A stretch of DNA of 64,000 nt, taken from assembly GCA_963711765.1 (NCBI GenBank), contig CAVQFC010000002.1, forward strand, positions 777,644 through 841,643, in the 5' to 3' direction. The position numbers were made by a program, and so were the translations under genes. Below the pieces are notes generated by a model, which was not told where the DNA came from, ran no database searches, and saw only the letters and a program-made list of their open reading frames with translations. The stretch comes from an uncultured Acidobacteriota bacterium. Lineage in GTDB: Bacteria > Acidobacteriota > Vicinamibacteria > Vicinamibacterales > CAVVIG01. Positions 34,968 through 44,294 of this stretch are shown one piece after another; the stretch's first letter is position 1; every line of letters begins with the position of its first letter.

Positions 34968-37427
34968 TCAGAGGTGCGACTGCAGCGGCTCGTGCATCCG
35001 CCGTCCGTTCTCGAGTGACGTCAGGATGACGTCGGCGGTGACCGGGGCGCGGCGGAAGACGTCTTCTCCGACGGCGTTGGCGATCGCGTTCATCAGCGCA
35101 CCGTAGCCGGCGCCGACCGGCGGCTCTCCCACGCCGCGCGCGCCGACCGGAGTTTCCGGATCGGCCATCTCCAGCACCTCGGTCGGCATCTCGGACGGGA
35201 TGTCGAGGATCGTGAGCGGCTTGGTGTGATAGAAGCGCTTGGCGAGCACGACGCCGTAGTGCGGATCGTAGACCCACTTCTGCTGCAGCGCGTGACCGAT
35301 GCCGAGGTTGATGCCGCCGAGCAGCTGACCGTGCAGGCTGCGCGGGTTGATGGTGATGCCGACATCACCGACGGTCAGGAAGTCCACGATGCGGATCTTT
35401 CCGGTCTCGACATCGGCTTCGACCTCAGCGAAGCCGATCACGAACGAGTAGGTGTCGCCGTCGTGCGGATACGTGTCCTTGGCGACGCCCATCAGTCCGA
35501 GGCCCGCGAGTGCGGTCGCGGATTTCGCCGTCATCACGTGGATGTCCGCCGGAAGCTCGTGACCGTCGAACTTGCCGGCGAGCGCGATCGCGCGCGTGGC
35601 CGCCTGCGCGTAGGTCAGCCCGCGTGACGGGTTGTCGCGGCGATACACGCGCTCGTTGCCGAGGGTGTAGTCCGCCGGCGCGCCGCCGAGATCCTTCGCC
35701 GCAATCTCCTGCAGTTTGAGCCGCGCGTCAGTCGCACCCGCCAGATTCGCGCGCGTCATCGCGTGCGTCGTCTGGCTGCCGACCGACATCGCCGACCACG
35801 GAATGTTCTTCGCGGTGCTGCCCCAGTTGACGACGACCTGCTCCCAGGGCATCTGCAGCGTCTGCGCCGCAACGCGGGCCAGGTCGATGCAGGAATGCGT
35901 GCCGAGATTCCCGACGCCGGACTGGACGTACAGCTTGCCGTCCGGCCGAATCGTCATCAGTCCGTCGTAGCCGATCGATCCGGCGCCATGCGGTCCGACT
36001 GCAACGCCGATGCCGCGAACTTTCGACCCCTGGCGTTTCCCGGCACGCGCCTTTCGCTCGTCCCAGTTGAACAGTTCGGCGCCGCGGTCCAGTCCGGGCT
36101 TCACGAACGCGCTGGTGATGTGAGCGCGCGATCCGTTCGGCCTCGGCGGACCGTACAGCGCCTTGCCTTCCGGCGAGTTGATGCGGCGGATCGCGACCTG
36201 ATCGAGTCCCAGTTTGATCGCGGCCTTGGTCACCACCGGTTCCATGATGGCGTTTGCCTGCATCGGACCGGGCGAGCGCTGCTGCGACCGTGGCGGGGTG
36301 TTGGTGAGCACGGCGACGCCGCGCCACCGCATCGCCTGCGGCTGCCAGATGAGCGATGCCGCGTTGGCCGCCGATCGGTAATCGCCCATCGGCCCGTACG
36401 ATCCGTTGTCTTCGACGATGAAGAGATCGAGCGCGGTGATGCGGCCGTCCTTGCTGAATCCCGCTCTGGCGCGGCCGATCATTCCGGTGCGGGCGCGGCC
36501 GATGTACTGCTCTTCCTCGCGGCTGATGCGCATCATCACCGGCGCGCCGGCTTTTTTCGAAAGGAGAGCCGGGACGACCATCGAGATGGCGCCAGCACCC
36601 TTGCTGCCGAACCCGCCGCCGCAGTATTCGCTGACCAGCACGATGTTGGCGGCGTCCATGTTCAGCCAGCTGGCGAGCGGATCGATCGTCCGCGCGACGC
36701 TCTGCGTGGAGCCGTGCAGATAGAGCGTGCCGTTCTGCCAGTAGGCCATCGCGCTGCGCGTCTCCATCGGCTGGTGACCGGTGGATTGCACGACGAAGGT
36801 CTCGTCGATGATGACCGCGGCGCTCTTGAAGCCGGCGTCGAGATCGCCGTACGACCACTCATCCGGCACCGAGCCCATCGGCAGCGCGCCGTCCGGCGCG
36901 TCGGCGAAGTCGCGCTCGGTCCACTTCAGCGTCTGGATTTTGGGGCGGTTCTGCTGCGGGGGTCGTCCCGCAGCCGGCGGCGTCGGCGGTGGAGTCACCC
37001 ACACATTGCCGTCGAGGCGCGCGTTGGCGCCGGTCGGACGGAGGCTCTCGATCGGATCGACGACGAACGGCAACGGTTCCAGATCGAGTTCGATGCGCTC
37101 GATCGCTTCCGCCGCGGTCCGCTCGTCCACGGCCGCCAGCGCCAGAATCGGCTCGCCCTGGTAGAACGGCTCGTTGGTGAGCGCGCGTTCGGCGCCTTTC
37201 AGATCCGGAAGGTCGTCCGCGGTGAGGATCGCCTTGACGCCCGGCATGGCGAGCGCGGCGCCGGCTTCGATATGCCTGACACGGGCGTGCGGCATCGGGC
37301 TGAGCAGCAGCTTCGTGAAGAGCATGCCGTCCGCGCGGTAGTCCTCGGCGTACTTGGCTCGACCGGTGACCTTGGCCACCAGATCGGGCGTCGTGTAGTT
37401 CCGACCGATCAGCGTCTGGTCTGACAT
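34968..37427 (-). CDS. xanthine dehydrogenase/aldehyde oxidase family molybdopterin-binding subunit (no adjacent small subunits)
   Basis: 819-aa intact ORF with typical CoxL/XdhB-family blocks ('GGGFGSKG', 'GVGEPPVGAGYGALMNAI'). Confidence 0.85.
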   Translation of the reverse strand: MSDQTLIGRNYTTPDLVAKVTGRAKYAEDYRADGMLFTKLLLSPMPHARVRHIEAGAALAMPGVKAILTADDLPDLKGAERALTNEPFYQGEPILALAAVDERTAAEAIERIELDLEPLPFVVDPIESLRPTGANARLDGNVWVTPPPTPPAAGRPPQQNRPKIQTLKWTERDFADAPDGALPMGSVPDEWSYGDLDAGFKSAAVIIDETFVVQSTGHQPMETRSAMAYWQNGTLYLHGSTQSVARTIDPLASWLNMDAANIVLVSEYCGGGFGSKGAGAISMVVPALLSKKAGAPVMMRISREEEQYIGRARTGMIGRARAGFSKDGRITALDLFIVEDNGSYGPMGDYRSAANAASLIWQPQAMRWRGVAVLTNTPPRSQQRSPGPMQANAIMEPVVTKAAIKLGLDQVAIRRINSPEGKALYGPPRPNGSRAHITSAFVKPGLDRGAELFNWDERKARAGKRQGSKVRGIGVAVGPHGAGSIGYDGLMTIRPDGKLYVQSGVGNLGTHSCIDLARVAAQTLQMPWEQVVVNWGSTAKNIPWSAMSVGSQTTHAMTRANLAGATDARLKLQEIAAKDLGGAPADYTLGNERVYRRDNPSRGLTYAQAATRAIALAGKFDGHELPADIHVMTAKSATALAGLGLMGVAKDTYPHDGDTYSFVIGFAEVEADVETGKIRIVDFLTVGDVGITINPRSLHGQLLGGINLGIGHALQQKWVYDPHYGVVLAKRFYHTKPLTILDIPSEMPTEVLEMADPETPVGARGVGEPPVGAGYGALMNAIANAVGEDVFRRAPVTADVILTSLENGRRMHEPLQSHL

Positions 37428-37469
37428 GCAGTGCTCCTCGCTGAGCGAATTATGGCGCAGAATGCGAGG

Positions 37470-37568
37470 GTCCGGCTAAAGCCGGACACTACCCCGTGCG
37501 CGTGGACTATCCGTAGTGTCCGGCTTCAGCCGGACCGCGATGACCGTGGTGTCCGGCTTCAGCCGGAC
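37470..37568. repeat. REP-like hairpin cluster (3 copies)
   Basis: gtccggctaaagccggac (37470-37487) and gtccggcttcagccggac (37518-37535 and 37551-37568), with gtagtgtcc/ggacactac flanks as at 17889-17943. Confidence 0.75.
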
Positions 37569-37572
37569 CGGG

Positions 37573-37902
37573 TCAGGATGCGGCGCGAATCAGGTCTTTG
37601 TCCAGGAGCCACGGATACGCGCGGAAGATCGTGTCGCACTCGGCGTCCGGCATCACCGCACGCGCCGCCGCCATCTGATGCATCCAGAACACCGTCGTCG
37701 CGCGCGAGTATTTCTCCGGCTGGCCGACCGCCGCAGTGAACCGGAGCAGCGTCGCCTCGATCCGGGCGATCGCCTCGTGCACGGTCGGCGACTCGACCAG
37801 GTAGACCCACGCCACCCGCAGATGGTGGTCGTGATGAAAACCGCCCGGCGGCAGCTCGCCGCGCTCGAAGGCCCGGGCCAGTTCGACGTCGGCGTCTCGC
37901 AT
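37573..37902 (-). CDS. hypothetical helical protein
   Basis: 109-aa ORF with coding-like composition, 4 nt from the downstream M28 gene. No family recognised. Confidence 0.5.
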   Translation of the reverse strand: MRDADVELARAFERGELPPGGFHHDHHLRVAWVYLVESPTVHEAIARIEATLLRFTAAVGQPEKYSRATTVFWMHQMAAARAVMPDAECDTIFRAYPWLLDKDLIRAAS

Positions 37903-37906
37903 GGCG

Positions 37907-39628
37907 CTACTGGGTCAGCCTGCCGGCGCGGGGGCCCTGATTGTCGCGGGCCGGCGGATGATCCAGGTTCGCGAGACGCAAGCCCGTTTCGAGAATCATC
38001 CGGGTGATGCGCGCCATCTTGTCGAATTCGATCTTCGACACTTCGTCAGTGTTCGCGTGGTAGTCGGCGTGGAGGCCGGTCGTGAAGAAGATGATCGGGA
38101 CGCCTTTCGCGGCGTAGCTGTAGTGATCGCTGCGGTAGTACAGCTGCTCGAGGTCGTTGGGATCGTTGAATTCGTAATTGAGCGTCAGCGGTTTGGCGAT
38201 CGCGGCGTTGGCGGCGCGATTCAGGTTGTGCAGCTCGGTGCTGATGCGATCGGAGCCGACCAGATAGACCGTGTCGGCTTCGCTGGCCTTGTCGTCGCGG
38301 TTGCGGCCGATCATGTCGATGTTCAGCTGCGCGACGATTTCGGACATCGGCACCGTCGGGTAGTCCGCGAAGTATCGCGACCCCCACAGGCCTCGCTCCT
38401 CTCCGGCATGCCAGACGAAGATCAGCGACCGTTTCGGCTTCGGGCCTTCGGCAAATGCCTTGGCAATCGCCATCACCGCCACGGTCCCGGAACCGTCATC
38501 GTCGGCGCCGTTCCAGATGCGATCCTCTTCCTTGCCGGGGGTGACGCGGCCGGGCGCTCCGAGCAGCCTGACGTTGCCGTCCGTGTGCGTGATTTCGCCT
38601 TCGGCATAGCCGACGTGATCGAGGTGTGCGCCGAACGCAACGTAGGTATTTTTCAGCCGCGAGTCGCTGCCTTCGACGATCCCGACGACGTTCTGCGCGA
38701 ATTGGGTGCGGACGATTTCGTAGTCGGCGTCCACGTTGAAGGCGATGGTCACGCCCGAGAGGGTGAACGACGGCAGCGGTTCCTGAGCAGCGGCCTGGCG
38801 CTTGAGTTCCTCGTAGCTGTCAGGCGCGGCGCTGAAGAGGAACTCGAAGAAGGCGTCCTTCCCCGAGACCATCGGGGCGACCGGCACGTCCAGCCGCTGC
38901 ACGGTGGTGAAATCGGGCGCCGGGGCGGGCGCGCCGCGTCCGGCAGGCGCTGCGGCCGGGGCCTCGTTGCCGCGGCCGCCGCGGCCGGCGCCGGCTTCAG
39001 CCGCAGGACCAATGCTGGCGGCGGCGCCGAGCTGCTCGGTCGCATACCGGCTGCGGCCGGTGAGCGCGCGGCGATACAAAGCCGGGTCGAGATTTTTCGG
39101 CCCGGTCGTACCGAGCCACACCACCGCGGCGCCCTTCACATCGTTGCCCTTGAAGTCCGTGTGCCCGGCGCCCGGCGCGTCGAGGCCATAGCCGGCAAAG
39201 ACGACGCGGTCGGCCGTGACTTTGTGCTTGCCGCCCATGTTCCGCGGAAATGTGATGGCGTCACCATCGGCGAACGTGCGGCTTTGGCCGTTGACGGTGA
39301 CCGTGACCGTCGAATGGCTGTTGGTCTTGACGCCCAGGACACGAACGGTCTGGATGTAGGACCCGTTGTCGCCGGCCGGTTTGACGCCCCACGAGTGCAG
39401 GTGATCGGCCACGTAACCAACCGCAAGGCCATATCCGGCGGTGAATACGGCTCGCCCTTGCAGCTCATCCGAGGAAATGTAAGTCAGCCACTGACGCAGG
39501 TCCTGGGTCTTGATCTCCGGGCTGCCAGCCGCGCTGACGGTGAGGACAGCCCCCAACAGCAGGACCGGCAACCACCCGCCAACCGCGCCCGGACCTTCCA
39601 CCCGACGACCGACCCGACGACCGACCAT
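37907..39628 (-). CDS. M28 family metallopeptidase with PA domain
   Basis: Metal ligand blocks 'AHLDHVGY', 'NGADDDGSGTVAVMAIAKAF', 'HAGEERGLWGSRYF' and 'NIDMIG'. Signal-like N-terminus. Confidence 0.85.
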   Translation of the reverse strand: MVGRRVGRRVEGPGAVGGWLPVLLLGAVLTVSAAGSPEIKTQDLRQWLTYISSDELQGRAVFTAGYGLAVGYVADHLHSWGVKPAGDNGSYIQTVRVLGVKTNSHSTVTVTVNGQSRTFADGDAITFPRNMGGKHKVTADRVVFAGYGLDAPGAGHTDFKGNDVKGAAVVWLGTTGPKNLDPALYRRALTGRSRYATEQLGAAASIGPAAEAGAGRGGRGNEAPAAAPAGRGAPAPAPDFTTVQRLDVPVAPMVSGKDAFFEFLFSAAPDSYEELKRQAAAQEPLPSFTLSGVTIAFNVDADYEIVRTQFAQNVVGIVEGSDSRLKNTYVAFGAHLDHVGYAEGEITHTDGNVRLLGAPGRVTPGKEEDRIWNGADDDGSGTVAVMAIAKAFAEGPKPKRSLIFVWHAGEERGLWGSRYFADYPTVPMSEIVAQLNIDMIGRNRDDKASEADTVYLVGSDRISTELHNLNRAANAAIAKPLTLNYEFNDPNDLEQLYYRSDHYSYAAKGVPIIFFTTGLHADYHANTDEVSKIEFDKMARITRMILETGLRLANLDHPPARDNQGPRAGRLTQ

Positions 39629-39637
39629 GCATCCCCC

Positions 39638-39666
39638 TTGGACTAAGATGCCAAAGGCCTTACTAT
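39638..39666 (+). promoter_or_regulatory. candidate sigma70-type promoter for the RRM gene
   Basis: TTGGAC (39638-39643), 17-nt spacer, TACTAT (39661-39666). This would give a pyrimidine-rich leader of about 120 nt. Confidence 0.35.
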
Positions 39667-39793
39667 AGCCTCCGCTTGCACCATGACGGGAGTTCAGGTA
39701 ACGTTTTTCCCACTGATACCGGCTGCCAGCGTGTGTGTCCCTTCCATCTCGCGCTTCCCTGCCCCCTTTTCCAACATTTTAGGAGAGAGTTGA

Positions 39794-40408
39794 TTGGCCG
39801 TCCGTCTGTTCGTTGGTAATCTCGCCTACACCACCACTGAAGCCGATTTGCGTACCTACTTCGGTGGCGTCGCACCGCCGTCTCAAGTCGTCCTTCCGGT
39901 CGACCGGGAAACCGGACGGCCGCGCGGCTTCGCCTTCGTCGAGTTCATGGACCGGGCGCACGCGGAGCAAGCGATCCAGCGCTTCAACGGACAGCCGTTC
40001 AACGGACGTCCCCTCGCTGTCAGCGAGGCACGCGCACGAGAAGATCGCGGACCTGGCGGTCCGCCGCGTCCCGGCGGCTATTCGTCCGGTCCACGACCTG
40101 GCGGCGGCTTCGCGCCGCGACCGCCGGGCTCGTTCGGTGGTTCGCGTCCCTTCGACGGCGGCGGCGGCTCGGCGCCAGGCAGCGTGCCGGGACGCAGCAG
40201 GAACTTTGGTCCCGATGCCAAGCCTCAACGGGGCGGCAGCGCCAAAGGCAAAGGCAAGAAGGGCGAGGACAAGCCGCGTGGTCCGATTCCGATGAAGAAC
40301 ACCGGCCGCTCCTTCAGTCTCGACGATGTCGATGCGCCGGACGAGGCGCTGCCGGAAATGGACGACGTCGCAACCAGCAAGCCGGCCGACGAGGTCGACG
40401 AAGAGTAG
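39794..40408 (+). CDS. RRM-type RNA-binding protein with long Gly/Arg/Pro-rich tail
   Basis: TTG start after AGGAGAG. RNP-2 'LFVGNL', RNP-1 'RGFAFVEF'. The ~120-aa tail is 'GGPPRPGGYSSGPRPGGGFAPRPPGSFGG...' with an acidic end. Confidence 0.8.
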   Translation: MAVRLFVGNLAYTTTEADLRTYFGGVAPPSQVVLPVDRETGRPRGFAFVEFMDRAHAEQAIQRFNGQPFNGRPLAVSEARAREDRGPGGPPRPGGYSSGPRPGGGFAPRPPGSFGGSRPFDGGGGSAPGSVPGRSRNFGPDAKPQRGGSAKGKGKKGEDKPRGPIPMKNTGRSFSLDDVDAPDEALPEMDDVATSKPADEVDEE

Positions 40409-40540
40409 TCGCGAAGAGTGATCGCCCGAACGTCCAGTAATCGGCCGCGTGGTGCACCACCGTGCGGCTGGTTACCGTCCCCACCGCCGCCAACCAGGAC
40501 GATGTACAGATTCGGCAGCGATGGAAGGTGGGTGATGGCG

Positions 40541-40563
40541 GCGCGGGCCTGAAAGGCCGGCGC
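40541..40563. repeat. REP-like hairpin (imperfect)
   Basis: gcgcgggcctgaaaggccggcgc, between convergent genes. Confidence 0.5.
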
Positions 40564-40572
40564 TACTCTTCG

Positions 40573-41211
40573 CTAACGTGTGAGCGCGTCGAAGTCGTAC
40601 ACGTGCGTGATGGTGCGTGGCTGACCGTTGCCGTTGTCCATCACGACGGTGATAAGGAGCTGGTGGGTCTCGGGATCGACGAAGAACGACTGTGTGGCTT
40701 TGCCCTTGCCGATGCCGTTGATCTCGGAGACGAGCTTGTCGCCGTCCCATTTGGTCTTGCGTTCGATCTTGGTGTTGTCGTCCTTGATCTTCTTGCCATC
40801 GGGCGACAGACGCGTCGTCCGCCCATCTGCACCAGTGATCAACACCAGCGAATCGGTCTTCGTGATCGTCAGGTGCTGTGACGACCCCGTCAGGTCGTGC
40901 ATCGCATCACGCATGCGCGCCGCCTGATCCGGATCCATGGCCTGGACGCTGTTGCCACCGCCACCGCCGCGGCTCCCGCCGCCATGGCGGCCGCCTCCGC
41001 CACCACCGCCCCGGCCGTATCCGCCGCCCGAGCCGCTGCCGCGATTGGAACCACCGCCACCACTGCTGCCCTGATCGCCGTTGCCGACCTGATCGCTGAG
41101 ATCCTTGTTCAACGTCCACGCACCGACGATCGAGTTCTTGCTCTCGGCGGTCTGCGCGTGTCCCTCGAGCGCCGGCCAGCACGCGAGCAGCGCGGCCAGC
41201 GCAACCACCAT
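40573..41211 (-). CDS. secreted protein with poly-Gly linker
   Basis: Start chosen at 'MVVALAALLACWPALEGHAQ' (alternative ATG at 41277). It contains 'GGGGSNRGSGSGGGYGRGGGGGGGRHGGGSRGGGGG' followed by a beta-rich C-terminal domain. Confidence 0.6.
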   Translation of the reverse strand: MVVALAALLACWPALEGHAQTAESKNSIVGAWTLNKDLSDQVGNGDQGSSGGGGSNRGSGSGGGYGRGGGGGGGRHGGGSRGGGGGNSVQAMDPDQAARMRDAMHDLTGSSQHLTITKTDSLVLITGADGRTTRLSPDGKKIKDDNTKIERKTKWDGDKLVSEINGIGKGKATQSFFVDPETHQLLITVVMDNGNGQPRTITHVYDFDALTR

Positions 41212-41385
41212 TCCGAACGAAGACAGGCGCCTGCCGTTGCCGGCCGCTAATCTCGCGTCGCTGAGCGCTCGGTCCATCGACTCGATTATGGCCAAACCCG
41301 ATCGGCAGCGCCCTATGAAAAGACTGTGACACCCCGCCCATGTCGAGCGCGCCTCGCGAATGAGGACTAGCATTCCTTTATCGCG

Positions 41386-43116
41386 ATGGAATTGCGCTGG
41401 TACCGGAGCCTGTATTGGCGGATCGCGCTGGGAGTGGTGGGCTTCCTGGCGGCGATGCTGTTCGTGCAGGCCATGGTGTTCGTCTTCGCCGTTTCCAAAA
41501 CCGGACGCACCCTTCCCGGTCAGTCGCCTGGGCGTCTCGGGATGAACGTCGCGCTCGATCTGACGAATCAGCTCGAACGCGATCCGCAGGTCGATCTCAC
41601 CAGGTACATCCACGAGCAGTACGCGCAATACACCCACCCCTTCTTCGTGATGCTCGCCGACGGCAAGGTGATCACCAGCGGCAGCGGGACGTTTCCAGAC
41701 TCGTTGATGCAGATCGCGCGCGCACGAATCGAGCATCCCCTCGATCGGCCGTTCGATCGACCATTCGATCGACCGCGCCGGCCCGACGGGAGTCCGCGCT
41801 TCAGCGGTGGCCCGCGACCTGACGGCACGCGGACAGAAGGAGCGCGCCCGGACGCGCCACGGGCCGACGGATCGCGGGAAGACGGCCCGCCCGAACCGCC
41901 GACGGACGGCGCGTTTCAGGAGCGTCCGCGATTCGAAGGTGCCCGGCCCGATCGTCCACGCAACTTCCGGCCTCCGTCCGACATGGCCGATCGTCTCGAT
42001 CGCGATCTCAACGGCGGTTTCGCCATCCCCCGCCCGATCTTCGTCTCCGGCAAACTCGTCGGCGTCGTCGTCGTGCCGCCGGAGGCGCCGTTCGGATTCC
42101 TGCTGGGACGGTTTGCGCCGATGCTCGGCCTGATCGCCGGCGGCGTGCTGATTCTCGGAGCCGTGCTGACGTCGGTGATGATCTTCGGACCGGCGCGGCG
42201 ACGGCTGCGCGCCCTCGAGTCCGCGGCGTACAAGCTTGGCGCCGGCGATCTGTCGGTGCGCGCGCCGAGCAAAGGCGGCGACGAGATCGCCGCAGTTGCC
42301 AGTGCCTTCAACGCGATGGCCGGCGACCTGAGCGCCCGCGCCGAGGCGTTGTCTGAGTCGGACCGGGTTCGTCGTCAGCTGCTGGCCGACGTGTCACACG
42401 AGCTGACCACCCCGGTCACCGCCATGCGCGGCTATCTCGAGACGCTGACGATGCCGGAGCTGACGCTGGATGCGTCGACGCGGGCGCGCTACCTGAACAT
42501 CATCAGCGACGAAACCAATCGGCTCGAGCGGCTGATCGGCGATCTGCTGGATCTGGCGCGCCTCGAAGGCGGCGGTGGCACGCTGCGCATCGACGAGGTG
42601 CCGGTCGCCGAGCTGTTCGATCGGGTGGTCGCCCGCCACGGGCCGGCCTGCCAGCAGGCCGGCATCACCATGGAGACGGTCATCGCGGCCGGCGCGGCGA
42701 GCGTGCCTGGCGATCGCGATCGCCTCGAGCAGGCGCTGCAGAACCTGGCCGCCAACGCGATTCGCTACGCTCCGCGCGGCACCAGCGTGCGTCTGTCGGC
42801 CCGGCCGGTGGACGGCAACGTCGCGCTGGCGGTCGAGGACGCCGGCGAAACCGGCATCACCGCGGAGCATCTCCCGCACGTCTTCGATCGCTTCTACAAG
42901 GCGGATGCGTCGCGTCCATTCGACCGCGCGAAGGGCGGGTCGAACGACACCGCGGGCGCAGCCGTCCCGTCAGGAGGCAGCGGACTCGGACTGTCGATTG
43001 TGAAGGCGATTGTCGAACGACATGGCGGGACGATTTCGATCGCCAGTCGTCCGGGCCGGACGGTCTTCGAGATGGTGCTGCCGGGGCGGACGGCGCCGCC
43101 GCCGGAACGTTCTTAG
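41386..43116 (+). CDS. sensor histidine kinase (HAMP, HisKA, HATPase_c), no adjacent response regulator
   Basis: Two TMs flank a Pro/Arg/Asp-rich periplasmic segment ('DRPFDRPFDRPRRPDG...'). H-box 'LLADVSHELTTPV', plus 'NLAANAIRYA' and 'GSGLGLSIVKAIV'. Confidence 0.85.
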   Translation: MELRWYRSLYWRIALGVVGFLAAMLFVQAMVFVFAVSKTGRTLPGQSPGRLGMNVALDLTNQLERDPQVDLTRYIHEQYAQYTHPFFVMLADGKVITSGSGTFPDSLMQIARARIEHPLDRPFDRPFDRPRRPDGSPRFSGGPRPDGTRTEGARPDAPRADGSREDGPPEPPTDGAFQERPRFEGARPDRPRNFRPPSDMADRLDRDLNGGFAIPRPIFVSGKLVGVVVVPPEAPFGFLLGRFAPMLGLIAGGVLILGAVLTSVMIFGPARRRLRALESAAYKLGAGDLSVRAPSKGGDEIAAVASAFNAMAGDLSARAEALSESDRVRRQLLADVSHELTTPVTAMRGYLETLTMPELTLDASTRARYLNIISDETNRLERLIGDLLDLARLEGGGGTLRIDEVPVAELFDRVVARHGPACQQAGITMETVIAAGAASVPGDRDRLEQALQNLAANAIRYAPRGTSVRLSARPVDGNVALAVEDAGETGITAEHLPHVFDRFYKADASRPFDRAKGGSNDTAGAAVPSGGSGLGLSIVKAIVERHGGTISIASRPGRTVFEMVLPGRTAPPPERS

Positions 43117-43334
43117 GCGGCCGACTGTGTCTGCTCGTCGGCCGCGGGGGCCTGAGCCTCATCCCGGATCCGCTCGCGCAGCCACTGGACCGGCTGCGGC
43201 TGGCGGGCGATAAACGCCTGCCATTCGGATTCCGAGAGCGTGATGGAGATGACGCGATCGCGTTCGGTTCCCATGCGGATAAGCATACGCACCGCGGACG
43301 TACCCAAAAAATAGAATGATCTGATAGAACCCAT
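43113..43334 (-). CDS. small hypothetical protein (possible RHH-like)
   Basis: 73-aa ORF. 'RDRVISITLSESEWQAFIA' resembles a ribbon-helix-helix start. The start codon is uncertain. Confidence 0.3.
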   Translation of the reverse strand: MGSIRSFYFLGTSAVRMLIRMGTERDRVISITLSESEWQAFIARQPQPVQWLRERIRDEAQAPAADEQTQSAA

Positions 43335-43355
43335 CTGATTTGATGATGGTTCCCG

Positions 43356-44290
43356 TCAGCTGACCGGCCCTTGTCCGCGCCGCTTCGGCGCCAGCCGCAG
43401 CCGCGGACTGATGGTCGAGAAGGCCGTCAGCAGCTCCTCGATCATGCGCGGCACCCGGTTGGCGCGCGGCGTAGACCCAGCCGGTCTCGCGAACCAGCTC
43501 GTGCCCTTCGACGCGCGTGCAGAAGAACTGGCCCGGCCCGCACTTCGCGCGCGACCGCCTGGTACGGCACGATGCCGATGCCCAGGCCGGTCTTGCACCA
43601 TCGCCTTGATGATCTCGACGTTCTCGGTGTCCATCACGATGGTCGGCTCGATATGCTCGCTGGCAGAAGAACCGGTCGATCACTGCCGCGTGCCGAGCCG
43701 ACCTCGAACAGCACGAACGGCTGGCCGTCGAGATCCTTCGGCGACGACGCGCTTCCGACGCGCGAGCGGATGCGTCGGCGTCGTAATCAGCAGCAGTTCT
43801 TCGCGCAGCACCGGCACGGTGACGAGATCGGATTCCTCGACCGGCAGCGTGAGCAGGCCGGCGTCCACGCGGCCGGCGCGAATCTCCTGCGACCGACCGG
43901 CCGGCGGTGGCGACAGTCAGCCGCACGTCGAGCTGCGGATGGACGCGGCGCAGGTGTTTCAGCAGCGGCGGGAACACGTACAGGCACACCGTCATGCCGC
44001 CCGACAGCCGCAGCGTGCCGCGCAAGCTCGCGCGTGCGATCGGTGATCGCCCCGACCGTTTCGCGCACGTCCTGAAAGACGCGCTGGCCGAGCTGCACCA
44101 GGCTCTCGGCCGCCGGCGTCATCCGCACCTGACGGCCGACGCGCAGAAACAGCGGTTCGCCGAGCTCTTCTTCGAGCAGCAGAATCTGCCGGCTGATCGC
44201 CGACTGCGAGACGTGCAGCTTGCGGCCGGACGCGGTGAACGATCCGGTCTCGGCGATGGCCTGAAGGATTTCGAGCTGGCGCAGGTCCAT
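43356..44290 (-). pseudogene. LysR family transcriptional regulator, about seven frame breaks
   Basis: The HTH 'MDLRQLEILQAIAETGSFTASGRKLHVSQSAISRQILLLEEELG' is intact. The effector domain is recoverable only by hopping frames ('RGTLRLSGGMTVCLYVFPPLL', 'DAGLLTLPVEESDLVTVPVLREELLLI', 'DLDGQPFVLFEVGS', 'MDTENVEIIKAMV', 'GLGIGIVPYQAVAREV'). Confidence 0.75.
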
Positions 44291-44294
44291 GAGA

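Noticed and set aside
35763-37424. 553-aa plus-strand ORF, and similar long ORFs at 37901-39646 (+), 54694-56190 (+), 60355-62016 (+), 33002-34270 (-) and 57256-58512 (+)
   Set aside because: Each one mirrors a well-supported gene on the opposite strand. They are Arg/Ala/Gly/His-rich with no recognisable domains, so they are GC-driven shadow ORFs.
40930-41075. GC-rich GGC/GCC microsatellite-like DNA. The same applies to ggcgtc x3 at about 4396-4413.
   Set aside because: These lie inside ORFs and simply encode poly-Gly and Asp-Ala low-complexity protein linkers. They are not independent DNA elements.
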